From NCBI GenBank assembly GCA_964016885.1, contig OZ024744.1, forward strand, positions 56,358,001 through 56,422,000: 64,000 bases of DNA, in the 5' to 3' direction. The notes beneath the pieces are model-generated. The model was given only the letters and a program-made list of their open reading frames with translations, did not search any database and had not been told where the DNA came from. Each line of letters begins with the position of its first letter. The stretch's first letter is position 1. Of the stretch, positions 41,846-54,736 are shown piece after piece. Source of the DNA: Eledone cirrhosa (taxonomy: Eukaryota). A program made the translations under genes and the position numbers.

Positions 41846-42691
41846 TATATATACACATATATATGTATATATATATATATACATATATGTATATTTATAT
41901 CATCATCATCATCACCATCACCGTTTTACGTCCGTTCTTCCACGCTAGCATGGGTTAGACGGGTTGTCCTGTTGTGGGCAGTGTCTGGTTGGCTGACCAT
42001 GCCTTGCTCATACAGGAACTGATCTGGCTTGATTTCTACAGCTAGATGCCCTTCCTAACACTAACCTCATTTACAGTGTGTGCTGGGTGCTTTTTCGTGG
42101 CGCCTACACGTCCACTTTACAGTGTGGGCTGGGTGCTTTTTTGCCGTGGCACCTCCACGACCACCTTGCGGTGGGGTGTGTGGGGGCATATTGTCTATAT
42201 GCTTCAGTTTGTACCCATTGGAGGTCGGGGTACATATATATACATATAATAACTAGAAATTGATTAACATATATATAAACATGAATAATCACAGGAGATA
42301 ATTTTTACAAGCGTGTAACCACGCATAGCTAGGTAGGTAACAAAATAAAGTTGACTAGAACTTCAAAAATAGATACCTTTTAATATGATTAATCTTCCCT
42401 GTATATATTCCATTAAAGAAATATATTTCACCAATTAATCAGATGGTAAGTCACAGAAAGTGGATATTTTTGGATTATCAACAAGGAAGAAAAATTCCAG
42501 CAATCCATGTTTACACGAGTTCAAATCTGCAACTGGCTGCTACAACGTGTTGTGTTTACACATCACAGCAGCTTCGTCTCAGTGGCGTGAATAGGTATTT
42601 GACAACTAGAAACAGCAGTCGATTCCTTTCAACAGAGTTAGCTCTACAATTGAGGAGCCGTATTTATATATCTATCCAATTTTGGATATAG

Positions 42692-42803
<112 letters not shown>

Positions 42804-43023
42804 ATATATATATATGCACACACACATGTACATATATATATACATACATATATACATGTACATATACATATATATATATATATAAAATTTCAATTTATCA
42901 ATAATGTAGTGATAATATATCGTCACGTTAGAGATGAACAGTGTACGTGTAGGTTTGCTCAACGAGTATAAATTATATTCCGGAGAAAATGTAGAAAAGA
43001 TGAATATAAAATGAAAGTGCTTT

Positions 43024-43681
43024 TATAAAGGAATTTATTAGGTATTGACATATGTTTCTGTAACAGACAGAATACCTATGTATCACTGCTTGCGTAATCA
43101 TATAATGTTAGCAAGTATTCGATAGCAAATGTATAATCAATTCTTCAGAGATATTGGATGAATTGGAAAAAATCAGAAAAATCAAAGTATTTATATTAGT
43201 TGTAAGAAAGGAAGAAGAGAAGGGATAGTATATGACAGATGGCAATTCAATTTGCTGGTAAACAAGTATATAGAAGGTTTTTAATGAGAATACAATGAGT
43301 ATACGGCTTATTTTATCTAAATAAGAATTTTTGGGAGTGCCTATTTTAATCTATATTTGACCAGTTGAACAATGGACAGGGCTGGTCGTTTGGTGTAGTA
43401 GTATTAATACTACTACACCAAACGACCAGCCCTGTCCTCTAAAGAAGTGACAACTGATTATACATTTGCTTTTGAATACTTGCTAACATTATATGATTAG
43501 CCAAGGCTAACTTTGCCTTGCATCCTTAAGGGGTCGATAAAATAAAGTACCAGTAATGTACTGGGTAATTTGCTGGCCTTGTGCCTAAAGTAGAAACAAT
43601 TATATGATTACGCAAGCAGTGATACATAGGTATTCCGTCTGTTACAGAAACATATGTCAATACCTAATAAATTCCTTTATA
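43024..43681. mobile_element. fold-back Penelope-like 3' remnant with central perfect palindrome and SINE insertion
   Basis: Arms 43024-43141/43455-43681; decayed HHR (GAAACATATGTC) + AATAAA in each arm; 64-bp palindrome at 43374-43437. Confidence 0.65.
43500..43598 (+). mobile_element. 5'-truncated SINE with 12-bp TSD attatatgatta
   Basis: TSD at 43488-43499 and 43599-43610; the empty site is preserved in the opposite fold-back arm. Confidence 0.85.
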
Positions 43682-44177
43682 TAAATATAATTTCAGCGAG
43701 ATCGTATTTCGGCTGTGGTAAAAAACAAAGCGAAACGTTATTTTCAAGATATGCAGCAAGCACTCAATGGACTAAAAGAAGACCAGAACAATTAACATAT
43801 GTTATAGAGGCCAAACAAACTGAAAACAGCGGTCATGAAGATATCAGCCACCGGAGCCAAAAAAACAAAGCAAGCTAAACAGGTTAAACAAAGGAATTTA
43901 TATAAATATATATATATATAAATATATGGAAAAAATGAAACGAAATTTCATTTCTGACTCTTAGTACGGCTGTTACTTAAATATAAGTATGTATACGTAC
44001 ATACATATATGTATACAGACGTACAGTAGTATGTATATATATACATACATGCACACATATATATATGTACGCATGGATTTACCGAGCATTTATTATAATA
44101 CTCGGTGTGTTTGTAAACAAACATCCCGAATTAAGCCGTACAGTGTTTAGCAACCATCGTTGTTCTTTTGTTCAACA

Positions 44178-44246
44178 CTGACAAAGGAACGATGTACTAG
44201 TTTCAAGCTTATTAGCTATCATCAGCACTGTATACCTTCCTGCCAG
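44178..44246 (-). ncRNA. minimal type I hammerhead ribozyme (inverted copy)
   Basis: acagtg-CTGATGA-tagctaataagctt-GAAACTAGTA-catcgt on the minus strand. Confidence 0.75.
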
Positions 44247-44521
44247 ATGATTGAATGTCTGAAAGTATATACTTTCCTTGCATATTAACGGCTGAGCAGC
44301 CTAATTTACATATCGAGTGAGTAATCAGCTGGGAGCACCGAAAACGATAAATGGAAAAAATGAAACGAAATTTCATTTTTCACTCTTAGTACTTAAATAT
44401 AAGTATGTATACGTACATACATATATGTATACAGACATATATGTATCACTCGATATGCAAATTAGGCTGCTCAGCCGTTAATATGCATAAGGAAAGTATA
44501 TACTTTCAGACATTCAATCAT

Positions 44522-44590
44522 CTGACAGGAAGGTATACGGTGCTGACGATAGCTAATACGCTTGAAACTAGTACATCGTTTCTTTGTCAG
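44522..44590 (+). ncRNA. minimal type I hammerhead ribozyme
   Basis: acggtg-CTGACGA-tagctaatacgctt-GAAACTAGTA-catcgt; palindromic ACTAGT stem III, GUA cleavage triplet at 44571-44573, extended stem I ctgacag/ttgtcag. Confidence 0.8.
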
Positions 44591-45081
44591 TGTTGAACAA
44601 AAGGGCAACGATAGTTGCTAAACACTGTACGGCTTAATTCGGGATGTTTGTTTACAAACAAACCGAGCGTTATAATAAATCCTCGGTAAATCCATACGTA
44701 CATATATATATGTGTGCATGTATGTATATATATACATAGTACTCTGTAGGTCTGTATACATATATGTATGTACGTATACATACTTATATATATATATATT
44801 ATATATATATATATATATAAGGGCACCCAGCCGTAGAAAACCCGCCAGATGTGTAGGTGTCACGACAATAAAACACACAGTCCATGCTGTAATGTGGCCA
44901 TGTAGGTAACACGGTAAAAACCTCCCAGTCCACACTGTAAACGTGGTTGGTGTTAGGAAGGGCATTCAGCTGTAGAAAACCCGCCAGACAGTCCTGAGCA
45001 AGACAACCAATCTTGCCTCAAGTGGGACAATTCCCGTCCAGACCCATGCTAGCGTGGAAAATGGACGTTAAACGATGATGA

Positions 45082-45121
<40 letters not shown>

Positions 45122-45176
45122 ATATATATAAATATTTACACATACACCTGGACATGCTTTACTCTATAATATATAA

Positions 45177-45231
<55 letters not shown>

Positions 45232-46082
45232 TAAAGGAACGATCGACTTTTCGTCAAATCGGACTGAGGGAACAATGTTTCCGTTGGTCTTTCCAATTGC
45301 TAATACTATCTATCAGTCGCAACTCCCAGGTAGAAGGAGCAACGTGAAATAAAGTGTCTTGCTCAAGGACATAACGCATCGCCTGGTCCAGGAATCGAAC
45401 TCACAACCTTACGATTGCGAATCCAATTCTCTAACCACTCCGTCACATGCCATATATATATATATTATATACATATATATACATATGCATACATATATGT
45501 ATGTATATGTGTGAGAATTTATGTGTGATTGTGTATGTACACATGAGTTTGTGTATGTAGACATAATATAATTTGTACATTAATATGATATGTGTAATTA
45601 GAATGCAGGATTCACAGCTTAAACATAGGTGGCTAATATTTCCTCTTCCTCCTCCTTCTCTGCCTCCTTTTCCTCCTCCTCTTCCCCTCCCCTCCCCCAT
45701 CTTCCTAGCCCCCCCTCCTTCTATTCCTCCTCTTCCTCCCTCTCTTCCGCCTCCTATACGAACCTACCACCTCCTTCCTCAACCACTTTACTCCACCAAC
45801 TCCCCACTCAACCATAACCACCATGCATAAGAAACAAGAGAAATAAATCAATGAAATCAGAGAAAAAAAAAAGCCCCAAACAAAACAAAAACAAAAAAAA
45901 AACAAAAACATGAAACAATGGAGAAATGCAACATAAAAAAACATGTAAAATACAAATGAAGTCAAAATAGCGAAATCGAAACAAAACAAAACAAAACAAA
46001 ACAAAAAGAGGAAACTTAAAAGATAAAAATATAAATAAATATAAAAAGGTATAGAAGAAAAAGTGTAGCAGAAACTTCTCAC

Positions 46083-46140
46083 CTGTTTTGAAAGATACTA
46101 GTAGCAATAGCAGAAAGGAGAGAGTGTAGCAGAGTTCCAT
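46083..46140 (-). CDS. AMN: amnionless-like gene, first coding exon (signal peptide MELCYTLSFLLLLLVSFKT)
   Basis: ATG at 46140; hydrophobic signal peptide; donor G|GTGAG at 46082 (phase 1). A polypyrimidine acceptor (..ttactccttacAG, 46177-46176) just upstream implies the exon starts at 46175 and that an earlier exon exists. Confidence 0.8.
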
Positions 46141-46204
46141 AATTTCAGTTCTTGGAGAGCAGCAATTGCAATTTTCTGTAAGGAGTAATAAGGAATAAGA
46201 ATAA

Positions 46205-46720
46205 CAATAGTAATAATTGTTTCTACTTTTGGCACAAGACCAGCAATTACTCAGTGTATTACTGGTACTTATTTTATCGACCCTGTAAGGATGAAAGGCA
46301 AAGTTAGTAATAATGGTTTCTGATTCAGGCACAATGCCAACAAATTTTTTTGGGGAGGGAAAAGTCGATTAAATCGACCCCAGTACATTACTGGTACTTT
46401 ATTTTATTGGCCCCTGTAAGGATGAAAGGCAAAGCTAACCTCGGCATGATTTGAACCCAGACCGTAAAGTGCCATAACTCTATGCCGTAAAGCATGTTGT
46501 CTGACGCTCTACTGATACTGCCTAATAATAATTGTTTCTACGTTAGGCACAAGGCCAGCAATCACCCAGTGCATTACTGGTACTTTATTTTATCGACCCC
46601 GTAAGGATGAGAGGCAAAGTTAACCTCGGCGGGATTTGAACTCAGAATGGCAAGGGCCGTAACTCTATACGTCAAAGCATGACGTCCGACCCTCTACCGA
46701 TACTGCCAATCGACCGCCTA
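46205..46720 (-). mobile_element. tandem SINE cluster just upstream of the AMN exon 1 acceptor
   Basis: Repeated ctggtactttattttatcgaccc..gatgaaaggcaaagtt units separated by (AAT)n. Confidence 0.8.
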
Positions 46721-46721
46721 A

Positions 46722-47602
46722 TAATAATGATTTCTTTATTAGCCACACAGGGTTCACATTAAAGAAACATTAAAGACGATACAGGACGATACAGTGTGGA
46801 TTTTCTTTGTGTAAAATAAAATTTATAAAAAGGGACTAAGAAAATAAATATTTAAAACATTTATAACAATTTCCCCAAAGGTGAGGAGACTCTAAGAAAT
46901 CCCACAAAAGCCACAGTCACACTGTCCACTAGGGAAAATGCCCTCTCCCAGTTTTTCTACTCCAATCTACAGGTGTATGTTCAAAGCAGGCCCATTCACA
47001 CGGACCATGCTTGCCACTCTCACCCACCTTTCAACAACCTGGTTGGAAGGTAACACTTCCCTCTCCACCCTGATTTTCCTCTTCAAGTGAAATCTGAAAG
47101 AGGAAGGTGGCTGTCTTCAACCGTTTCAAACGTGTCCACCACACAACCTCTTTCACCATGGCCATCAGGCAGATAAAAACTGCCTGTCCTAACAGTGGGG
47201 CGACCTTCACAATAGACTCAGTTGATAGTCGGATATGTCTTACATGTGACAGCAGGTGCTCGACATAAACCCTCAGGTCAGCAATATTCGGACACTTGAT
47301 GAGTATATGCAAAATGGTTTCGTCGCTCTGTATGCACCTCGGACAAGCCTGATTGTCAGCACTTCCATGCCTTTAGAGTTTATCTCAAATTGGCAAAGCT
47401 CCTCGGTAGCAATGCCAGGCCAGGGATTTCGAAACTTCTCTTGAAGAGATTGGCTAGAAGATTTTTGTTGACGCCCAGAGTCTCCGCAAGGATGTCGTTG
47501 CTCTTTCCCTCCACTAACTCTCTACAGAACGCCAAAGTGTAGTTTCCACCGGTCCCAGTGTCCGACTGATCAAGGGCTCTTAGCACCTGAAGACTTTCCA
47601 GA
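46722..47602 (-). mobile_element. Tx1/L1-clade 3' fragment in tandem with the next copy
   Basis: ORF 47031-47312 is similar to 47870-48385; same 3' end motif. Confidence 0.85.
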
Positions 47603-50600
47603 ATAATAACAATGATTTCTTTATTAACTACAAAGAGTTTACAAAAATACATTACGGACAGCACAAGATGGTACAAGACGGTACAAATATAGGTTTCACC
47701 GAGTAAAAAAGGAAACAAAAACAAAAGATGTAACAAAAAAATAAACAATGAAAAATTCCCCAATAGGGGGGAGACTTCTGAGGGTCACTCATAGAGAAAG
47801 CCCACAAAAAAGTCACAGTTACCCTGACCGCTAGGGCATGTGCCCTCTTCCAGTTTTTCTCCTCCGATGCTACAGGCACACACTCAAGGTAGGCCCATTC
47901 ACACAGGCCATTCTTGACTCTCTCACCCACCTTTCAACAAACTGGCTGGAAGGCAGCACTTCCCTCTCCACCCTAATTTTCCTTTTCAGGTAAAACCTGA
48001 AAAAGTTAATGAGGGTGTCACCAAAAAGGAAAGTACCCGTCTTCAACCCTTTCAGACACGTCCACCATACAATCTCTTTTACCATGGCCACCAGGCAGAT
48101 AAAAACTGCCTGCCCTTCCTGGCTAAAGGAAGGTGGCGGGGCAATCCTCACAATGAACTCAGCTGATAGCCGGATCCGTTCTACACATGACAGCAGGTGT
48201 TCAACATAAACCCACAAGTCAGCAATGCTTGGACACTGGATGAGTGTGTGCAGGACGGTTTCATCGCCCTGCACACATCTCGGACAGACCCGGCTGACGG
48301 CAATTCCATGCCTGTAGAGTTTATCCCAAACTTGCAAAGCTCCTTGGTAACACTGCCAGGCCAGGGATTTCTGGAAGTTGTCCATGGGCCCCAGCCTGAA
48401 AGTTCTCCCGAAGAGATTGGCTAGTTGGTTTTCGTTGACGCCCAGAGTCTCCCCAAGGATGTCATCACTCTTCCCCCCACTAACCGTCTATAGAACGCCA
48501 ACGTGGAGTTTCCACCGATCGCATTGCCTGATTGGTCGAGGGCTGTAAGAGCCTGAAGACATACCAGTTTCCAAGCGCTGCCTTTCCATCTTCGCTTGAC
48601 TCAGGACTGTAGCTCCACCAAGGAGAAGAGCTGGGAAACACACATCTAACAAATGGCGACCACACCTGATCACCATCGAGGAAGAGGTGGAGATGTTGTA
48701 GCCTGAGCGCATCATCAGCCACAGCATGGTCAGCCCTCCACGTAGCGGGTGTTGACAGCAGATGGACCACCTGACCATTGAAGCGTGTCCCTTCCACAAA
48801 AAGTGAAAGAGCAAACGCTCCAGTGCAGTCAGGCGAGGTTTAGGACAAGGCACAACGGTCAGGTAGTAGTAGATGACGGACGCGATGTACGCATTCGCCA
48901 CCTCTGCTCGACCTTTCAGGGATAGCTTCTTCTTGGCCCAATTCTGGGTGAGAGAGGCCACCTTGCTCGTCATCTCATCCCAGTTTTTGTCTGTCTGGAG
49001 GTACGGACTGAACCAGAGCCCTAGCAATTTAACTGGTCCGTCCAGTGCCCGACAACGCTGTTGGATGGCATGGACCTACCTCTCCAGGTGCCAAGTTGCA
49101 GGCCCACTGACTTTCCTGGTTGATCATTGCTCCTGTCACCGCCTCGTATTCTCCTAGTGTAGTGCCAATCGTCTCGATGTGTTTGGCATTCGACGCCACT
49201 ATGGTGACGTCGTCGACATATGCTGACACGGTTCTTCTGCATCCCAGTTCGCGCGGAATTCACCCTCAACATCTCCAGTTTGGGCAGTAATGGCGCGAGA
49301 GTCAATATGTACAACAGGGACGAGAGGGGACATCCTTGGTGGACCGAGTGCATGATGTTGAATGGTTCTAAAAGGTGACCTTTCACTCTCACCACAGAGT
49401 AGATGTCGCTGTGCATGGCAGCGATCCAACCTCTGAAGATGGACTCTCAAGACTGCCACCAGCAAATGATGGTTGACCCTATTGAAAGCTTTCGACTGAT
49501 TTAAATTGATCAAGGACCCACCCATGCTATCCTCTCCACGATGTATCACATGAGGTGGAGGTTGTCATGGATAGATCTATCTGGAATGGCGCATGTCTGC
49601 GCTTCTCCCACCAGACCACCGACGACAAGTGCCAACCTCTTTGCTAGCACCTTGGCCAAAATCTTGAACTCTGTGTTATGGGCCTGAAATTAACTATGTT
49701 ATCCCCCTTGTTTGGATCCTTTCTCAGTAGCACCACTGCTCCTCAGCTCACAGAGTTGGGAATTCTCCCATTCTGCTGCCAGTTGCAGTAGACGTCTACC
49801 AAGAGGTCTCTGAAAAGTCTGGCATATGTACATCAAGTTTGTAGGGCAGACCATCCAAACCAGGCGATTTACCCATTGTGCAGCCAGTCATTGCTTTCCG
49901 TACTTCAGTGGCTGATATCAGCTTTTTGCAACACTCCGCCTCAGTGGCCAAGAACTGCGGCAGTCCGTTGAGGTAGGCACTAAAGTCCATCCCACAATCC
50001 AGCCTGCCACTGCCCCCAAACAGCTGAGTGAAGTGCCACTGGAATCGAGTAACATGCGCCCTTCATGGTCCTCCAAAGACCGGATCGTGGCTTTGTTGCC
50101 ATGATGTGCCTCTGCCACTCGGGCCCATCGAATGGCTTTCGTGCCCCTTGTCTGAGCGCACACGCCCTAGGTTGAGGGCCAATTTCGCCGCAAGCACGTC
50201 GGTCGCGATGCCTTTACTAAGCGCCTTGTCTAATTTGCTAACTAGTTCTCCCTCTGCTCTATTTTTCTCTAATGCCTTACTAAACGCAATGAACTCTATT
50301 CTAATCGCTCTTTTCAGAGCAAACCACCATTTGTTGTTCACGATGGCCCCCGTCAACGCCCGCTTAACTAGTTTGCTAATCCGGTCTCTGTAGGCCTTGC
50401 GCGCTGTTAACGATGCGTTTAGCTTCCAGTAGCCGGGTCTCTGCCTATGAAGCCTATCTAAGTCAACCTCACATATCACGAATTTGTGGTCCGTGTAGCC
50501 GACTATTTTGAAATGTGGACAGCCTATGCTAGACCTATCTATTTCCCTACAAAATACCCTATCTAGATATGATCTGGATGACCCTATGTGGTTTGTCCAT

Positions 50601-50870
50601 GTCCACATTGGCACATTCGGGAAATCCAATCGGTACCTGTCAGACAGTTCAAACGTCTGAGCAGGTTTGCGAGGCTCTTGCACCCTCCTCCCTATCCGCT
50701 AATCCCACACAGTCCTAGCGTGCATCTAAGATCCTGTTCCAGTCGCCCACTAGCACTAAAGAGCGGGACGTTCCAAGAAAGTTCTCCAGACACCGGAAGA
50801 AATCAGGCCGCCCTGCTCCTATCGGAGCATAGACGGCCACTAGCCTGAAAGCTTGCACTTCTCCACTGGT
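47603..50870 (-). mobile_element. Tx1/L1-clade LINE ORF2 remnant (APE + RT + C-terminal zinc knuckle), frameshifted
   Basis: WTWTN..SYLDRVF..TDHK..YWKLNASL, KSPGLDGLP, HQGCPLSSLLY, SAYVDDVT, CPRC...ET..H....C; 3' end AATAAAGAAA. Confidence 0.9.
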
Positions 50871-51342
50871 CACATATTTTTGATGTAGTCTGACGCTGTG
50901 CTGCTACTGATAATTTTAAAGTCGTTGGTGCTGCTGCTGCAACTACTGTTCAAGTTGCTGCTGCTACTGTTGTCACTGCCACTGTGGCTGCTGCTGTTTC
51001 TGTTGTTGTTGCTTCTGCCTTGCGATTGAATGAAATCGGCTATTCCACTTTCTGAACAACCCGATGTTCTTTTCTGTGGACAATTTTTTCCATCTGCCAT
51101 ACTTTTTTTAAACAAAAAATTGAGGGGTGTGATTGTAAACAAACACAAATTCAGCCCTCAAGGGTGTGAGATACTGTTAAAAAAACCCAGCTCCTTTGGA
51201 AGAGGGGTTCTTAAGCTAGATAACAATGTATAATATACTATAGAACATTTTCAATAAACACATGAAAAATCAACTGACTTACTCCATCGTAGTTGCACAC
51301 ATCTTGAGAGATTCGGCACAAATAACAATAATAATAACAATA

Positions 51343-51532
51343 ATAATTATTTCTACTTTAGGCACAATGCCAGCAATTACCCAGTGCATTACTGGTACTT
51401 TATTTTATCGACCCCGTAAGGATGAAAGGCAAAGTCAACCTCGGCGGGATTTGAACTCAGATCGTAAAGGGACGTAACTATGCTGGAAAGCATGGCGTCC
51501 GACACTCTACCGATACTGCCAATCCACCGCCA
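51343..51532 (-). mobile_element. full-length SINE copy in (AAT)n
   Basis: Complete head-to-tail match to the family. Confidence 0.8.
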
Positions 51533-51591
51533 ATAATAACAATAATAATGGTTTCATTATTGTTGCCTATATGTTGGCTTCAAGGCCAATT

Positions 51592-53800
51592 GTAATAATT
51601 TCTTTATTGGCCACAAAGGCCAACATATAGGGGACAATACAAAGGACAGGCACAGTAGAGGTTTTACAGAAGAATTGAGTAAACAATATAAAAAGCAATA
51701 ATATTATAACGATACAAATTCCCTAATAAGGGGGAGGACCACCTATGAGTGACATAGGAACCCCACTAATCCTGAACCACCCAACACTCCAAGAGCACGC
51801 TAGGAGGGCACCCCTCTCTTCTCCAAACTCCAAATCAGCCAGCCTACACGCTATGGTCAATGTAGGCCCATTTACATGAGCCATCCTTGCAACTTTCACC
51901 TACCTGGAAGACAGCACTTCCTTCTCCCCCCCCCCCTCACCTTCCTTTCCAAGTGGAAAAGTTAATCAGGGATTGGCCAAAGAGAAAAATGTCTGTTTTC
52001 AGCCCTTTCAGCCTCGTCAACCACAAAACCAGAGGAAATCTGCTTGCCTTTCCTGAACAAAAGAAAGTGGTGGGGTGATTTTCACGATGGACTTGGTCAA
52101 TAGCCATATCCATCTACATGCAATAATGGCTGTTTGACAAAACTCCACAAGTCAGTAATGCCCGGACACTGGATGAGTGTATAGAGAATGGTTTAAATTT
52201 GTTGCACACATCTCAGACAGGTTTGTCTGACAGTACACCAATGCCTGTAGAGTTTATCTTGATGTGGCAGTGCTCCTCTGGCAGTACTGCCAAACCAGGG
52301 ATTTCTGGAAGTTGTCTATAATCCCTGGCTCAAAAGGTCTCTAGAACAGACTGCTCAAGTCAATTTCGTTGACACCCAGAGCCTCTCCAAGAACGTCCAT
52401 GAATTTCCACTGACCACATTGTTCAACTGGCAGAGGGCTGTGAGCACCTGACAAATTCCAGATGTCTTAGTCTTTACTTAACCCGTGACTGCAGGTCAGT
52501 CAAAAAGACAAGCTGCAGAAAGACATCTGTGACAATACCTGGTCATCATTTAGGAATATCTGGAGATGTCGTAGCCTCAGCACATGTTTACGCATCATCA
52601 GCCATAGTCCAAGCCTTTCATATAAAAGGTGCTGGCAGCAGATTGATCACTTCACCAATGGAACCGATCCCTTACATAAGATGTTGAAGAGCATGCGATT
52701 CAACTGGGTGAGGCATGAATTGGGGCAAGGTACGAATCTCAGACAGTAATAGATGACGGACATGATGCATGTGCTTGGTTTGGCTCATTTCTGGGTGAGA
52801 GTGGCCACCCTGCTCATTACTTCATCCTTATCCACCTGAAGGTCTGGCCTAAACCAGATCCCGTGCTACTTTACCGGGTTGTCTTTCCAGCATCAGATGA
52901 TGCTGTTGAATGGTATAGATTTGCCTTTCCAAGTGTCAAGCTGCAAACCCACCAACTTTTCTGGGTTTATCTCTGTTTCCGTCAATATTTCATATTACTC
53001 TAAGAAGTTGCTGACCATCCCGATTTCTGAGGTGCTTGACACCATCAGGGTGACATGGTCCATATATGTCAATGCAGCCCTTCCACATCCCAGTTTGAGG
53101 CGGTTGCCCTGCAACAGCTCCAGCTTCACAGTATTAGCTTGAAAGTCAGTATGTACAGAAGGGAACTCATAATCAAACACATGACCTGGAATGGTTCTGA
53201 TAGGTAGTCATTGACTTTGACAATTGAGCAGATGTTGCAGTGCATTGCAGTGATCCAGCCTCTGGTTATGTAGATATTTGCCACCTCCATCTAACCTTTG
53301 AGACACAGCTTCCTCTGTACCTATTTCTGAATATGTCTACCTTGTTCATGACCTCCTCTCAGTTCTTGTCTAACTAAAAGTCTGGTCCAAAACAGACTCC
53401 ATGCACTTTGACTGGGCTGTCTCAAGATCTCCATTCTTCACAGCTGAGACCTCAAAGCCAACAACACATAGAGGAAAGAGGGAGGAGACATTCCTGATGG
53501 CCCTTTGATTTGACCACTGAACAGATGCCAATGTAGAACATGATAATCCAATTTCTGAAAACAGGTTCAAAATACGCTGCGCTTAGGATAGCCTCTAATT
53601 TGTGATGAATTTACTGTCAAATGCTATTGACTGATCTAAATTAAACAGTCCCCCGCGAAAGTCAAGCCTACTTCTCAGCCACCCAATAATGTATTTCATG
53701 AGGTGGAGGTTATCATGGGTCGATCTGCCAGGGAATGCACAGACCAGTGCATCTCCGACTATACTACCAATGACAAATACCAACTTCTTGGCCAGCACCT
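51592..53800 (-). mobile_element. older degenerate Tx1/L1-clade LINE fragment
   Basis: GRSTHDNLHLM..NLDQSIAFD, YMDHVT motifs; same 3' end type. Confidence 0.75.
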
Positions 53801-54513
53801 TTAGCAAAAAAGCACCCAGCCCACACAGTAAAGTGGACGTGTAGGCGCCACGAAAAAGCACCCAGCACTCACTGTAAATGAGGTTGGTGTTAGGAAGGGC
53901 ATCCAGCTGTAGAAATCAAGCCAGAATCAGTTCCCGTATGAGCAAGACATGGTCAGCCAACAGGATAACCCATGGAAGAACGGACGTAAAACGGTGATGA
54001 TGATGAGGATGAGACGGGCTCAGCAGATCTGCCACTTCATCTGCTGAAACTCTTTTAGGCATGGGTTCTACAGCTGAGCACCCTTACAGAGTATTCTGGG
54101 TGCATTTTCATGGCACTAGCACTAGAGAGTTTGTTGGTCATAGACCCAACAGTAGAGCCCTCTCTGCTCTGGGGAGGGAGTTAGGTATGAAGTTGTAGGT
54201 GTATATAAAGGTGTAACTAAAGAAAATAGTGCCTATGGTAAACAGTGAAATTGTTCACCTGCCAAAACGTTCCCAGCATGGTATTTTTACCTATGGGCTT
54301 AATCTACTTATAATATATAACCAGCAATTTCTCTGTCTGTCTGTCCGACAGTGGAAACACGTGCGTAGAGAGAGAGTGAGAGTGAAAGAAAGAGACAGAC
54401 TACGAGACGGGGATAGCGGGAGGGAGAGAGGGAGAGAGAGAGGGGGATAGCGGGAGGGAGAGAGGGAGAGAGGGAGTGAATAGATGCTAAAACACGTGCT
54501 ACAGAAACATTAC

Positions 54514-54736
54514 CTTCCCCTCTCCACTGACTTTGGTCACTGAGGTCGAGGGAATCGCTGGTTGCTATAGAGACACCTTGCACAAGCCAGAAGTAACCAG
54601 TTCGAGGCGGTTCTGACTTGACACTATGCAAAGAAGGTTGCCATTGAATTTGTGGTTGTTGCTGCTGATAATAAGGACCATTTGAAGAAGGTTGCTGCTG
54701 ATGTGGTAATTTATTAATCAGATTGCGTAGTTCCAT
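54514..54736 (-). other. candidate upstream exon (Q-rich 74-codon ORF start) ending in a donor in phase with AMN exon 1
   Basis: ATG at 54736, donor GAAG|GTAATG at 54513, 223 nt (phase 1), matching the phase of the acceptor at 46175. Lies inside the Helitron-like element. Confidence 0.3.
54561..54574. promoter_or_regulatory. X-box (RFX)-like motif GTTGCTATAGAGAC
   Basis: Resembles the RFX consensus GTTGCYATRG(C/A)RAC; lies about 50 bp upstream of the minus-strand donor at 54513. Confidence 0.3.

Larger units (their letters stand above)
43926..44790. mobile_element. inverted pLTR pair of a non-autonomous Penelope-like element, one HHR per arm
   Basis: ~340-bp inverted arms (about 43982-44320/44446-44790); direct duplication of 43926-44020 at 44351-44437; (TA)n flanks. 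Confidence 0.75.

Noticed and set aside
50870-51148. Ser/Asn-rich ORF as a host exon
   Set aside because: Low complexity and contiguous with the Tx1 remnant; more likely its 5'/ORF1 debris.
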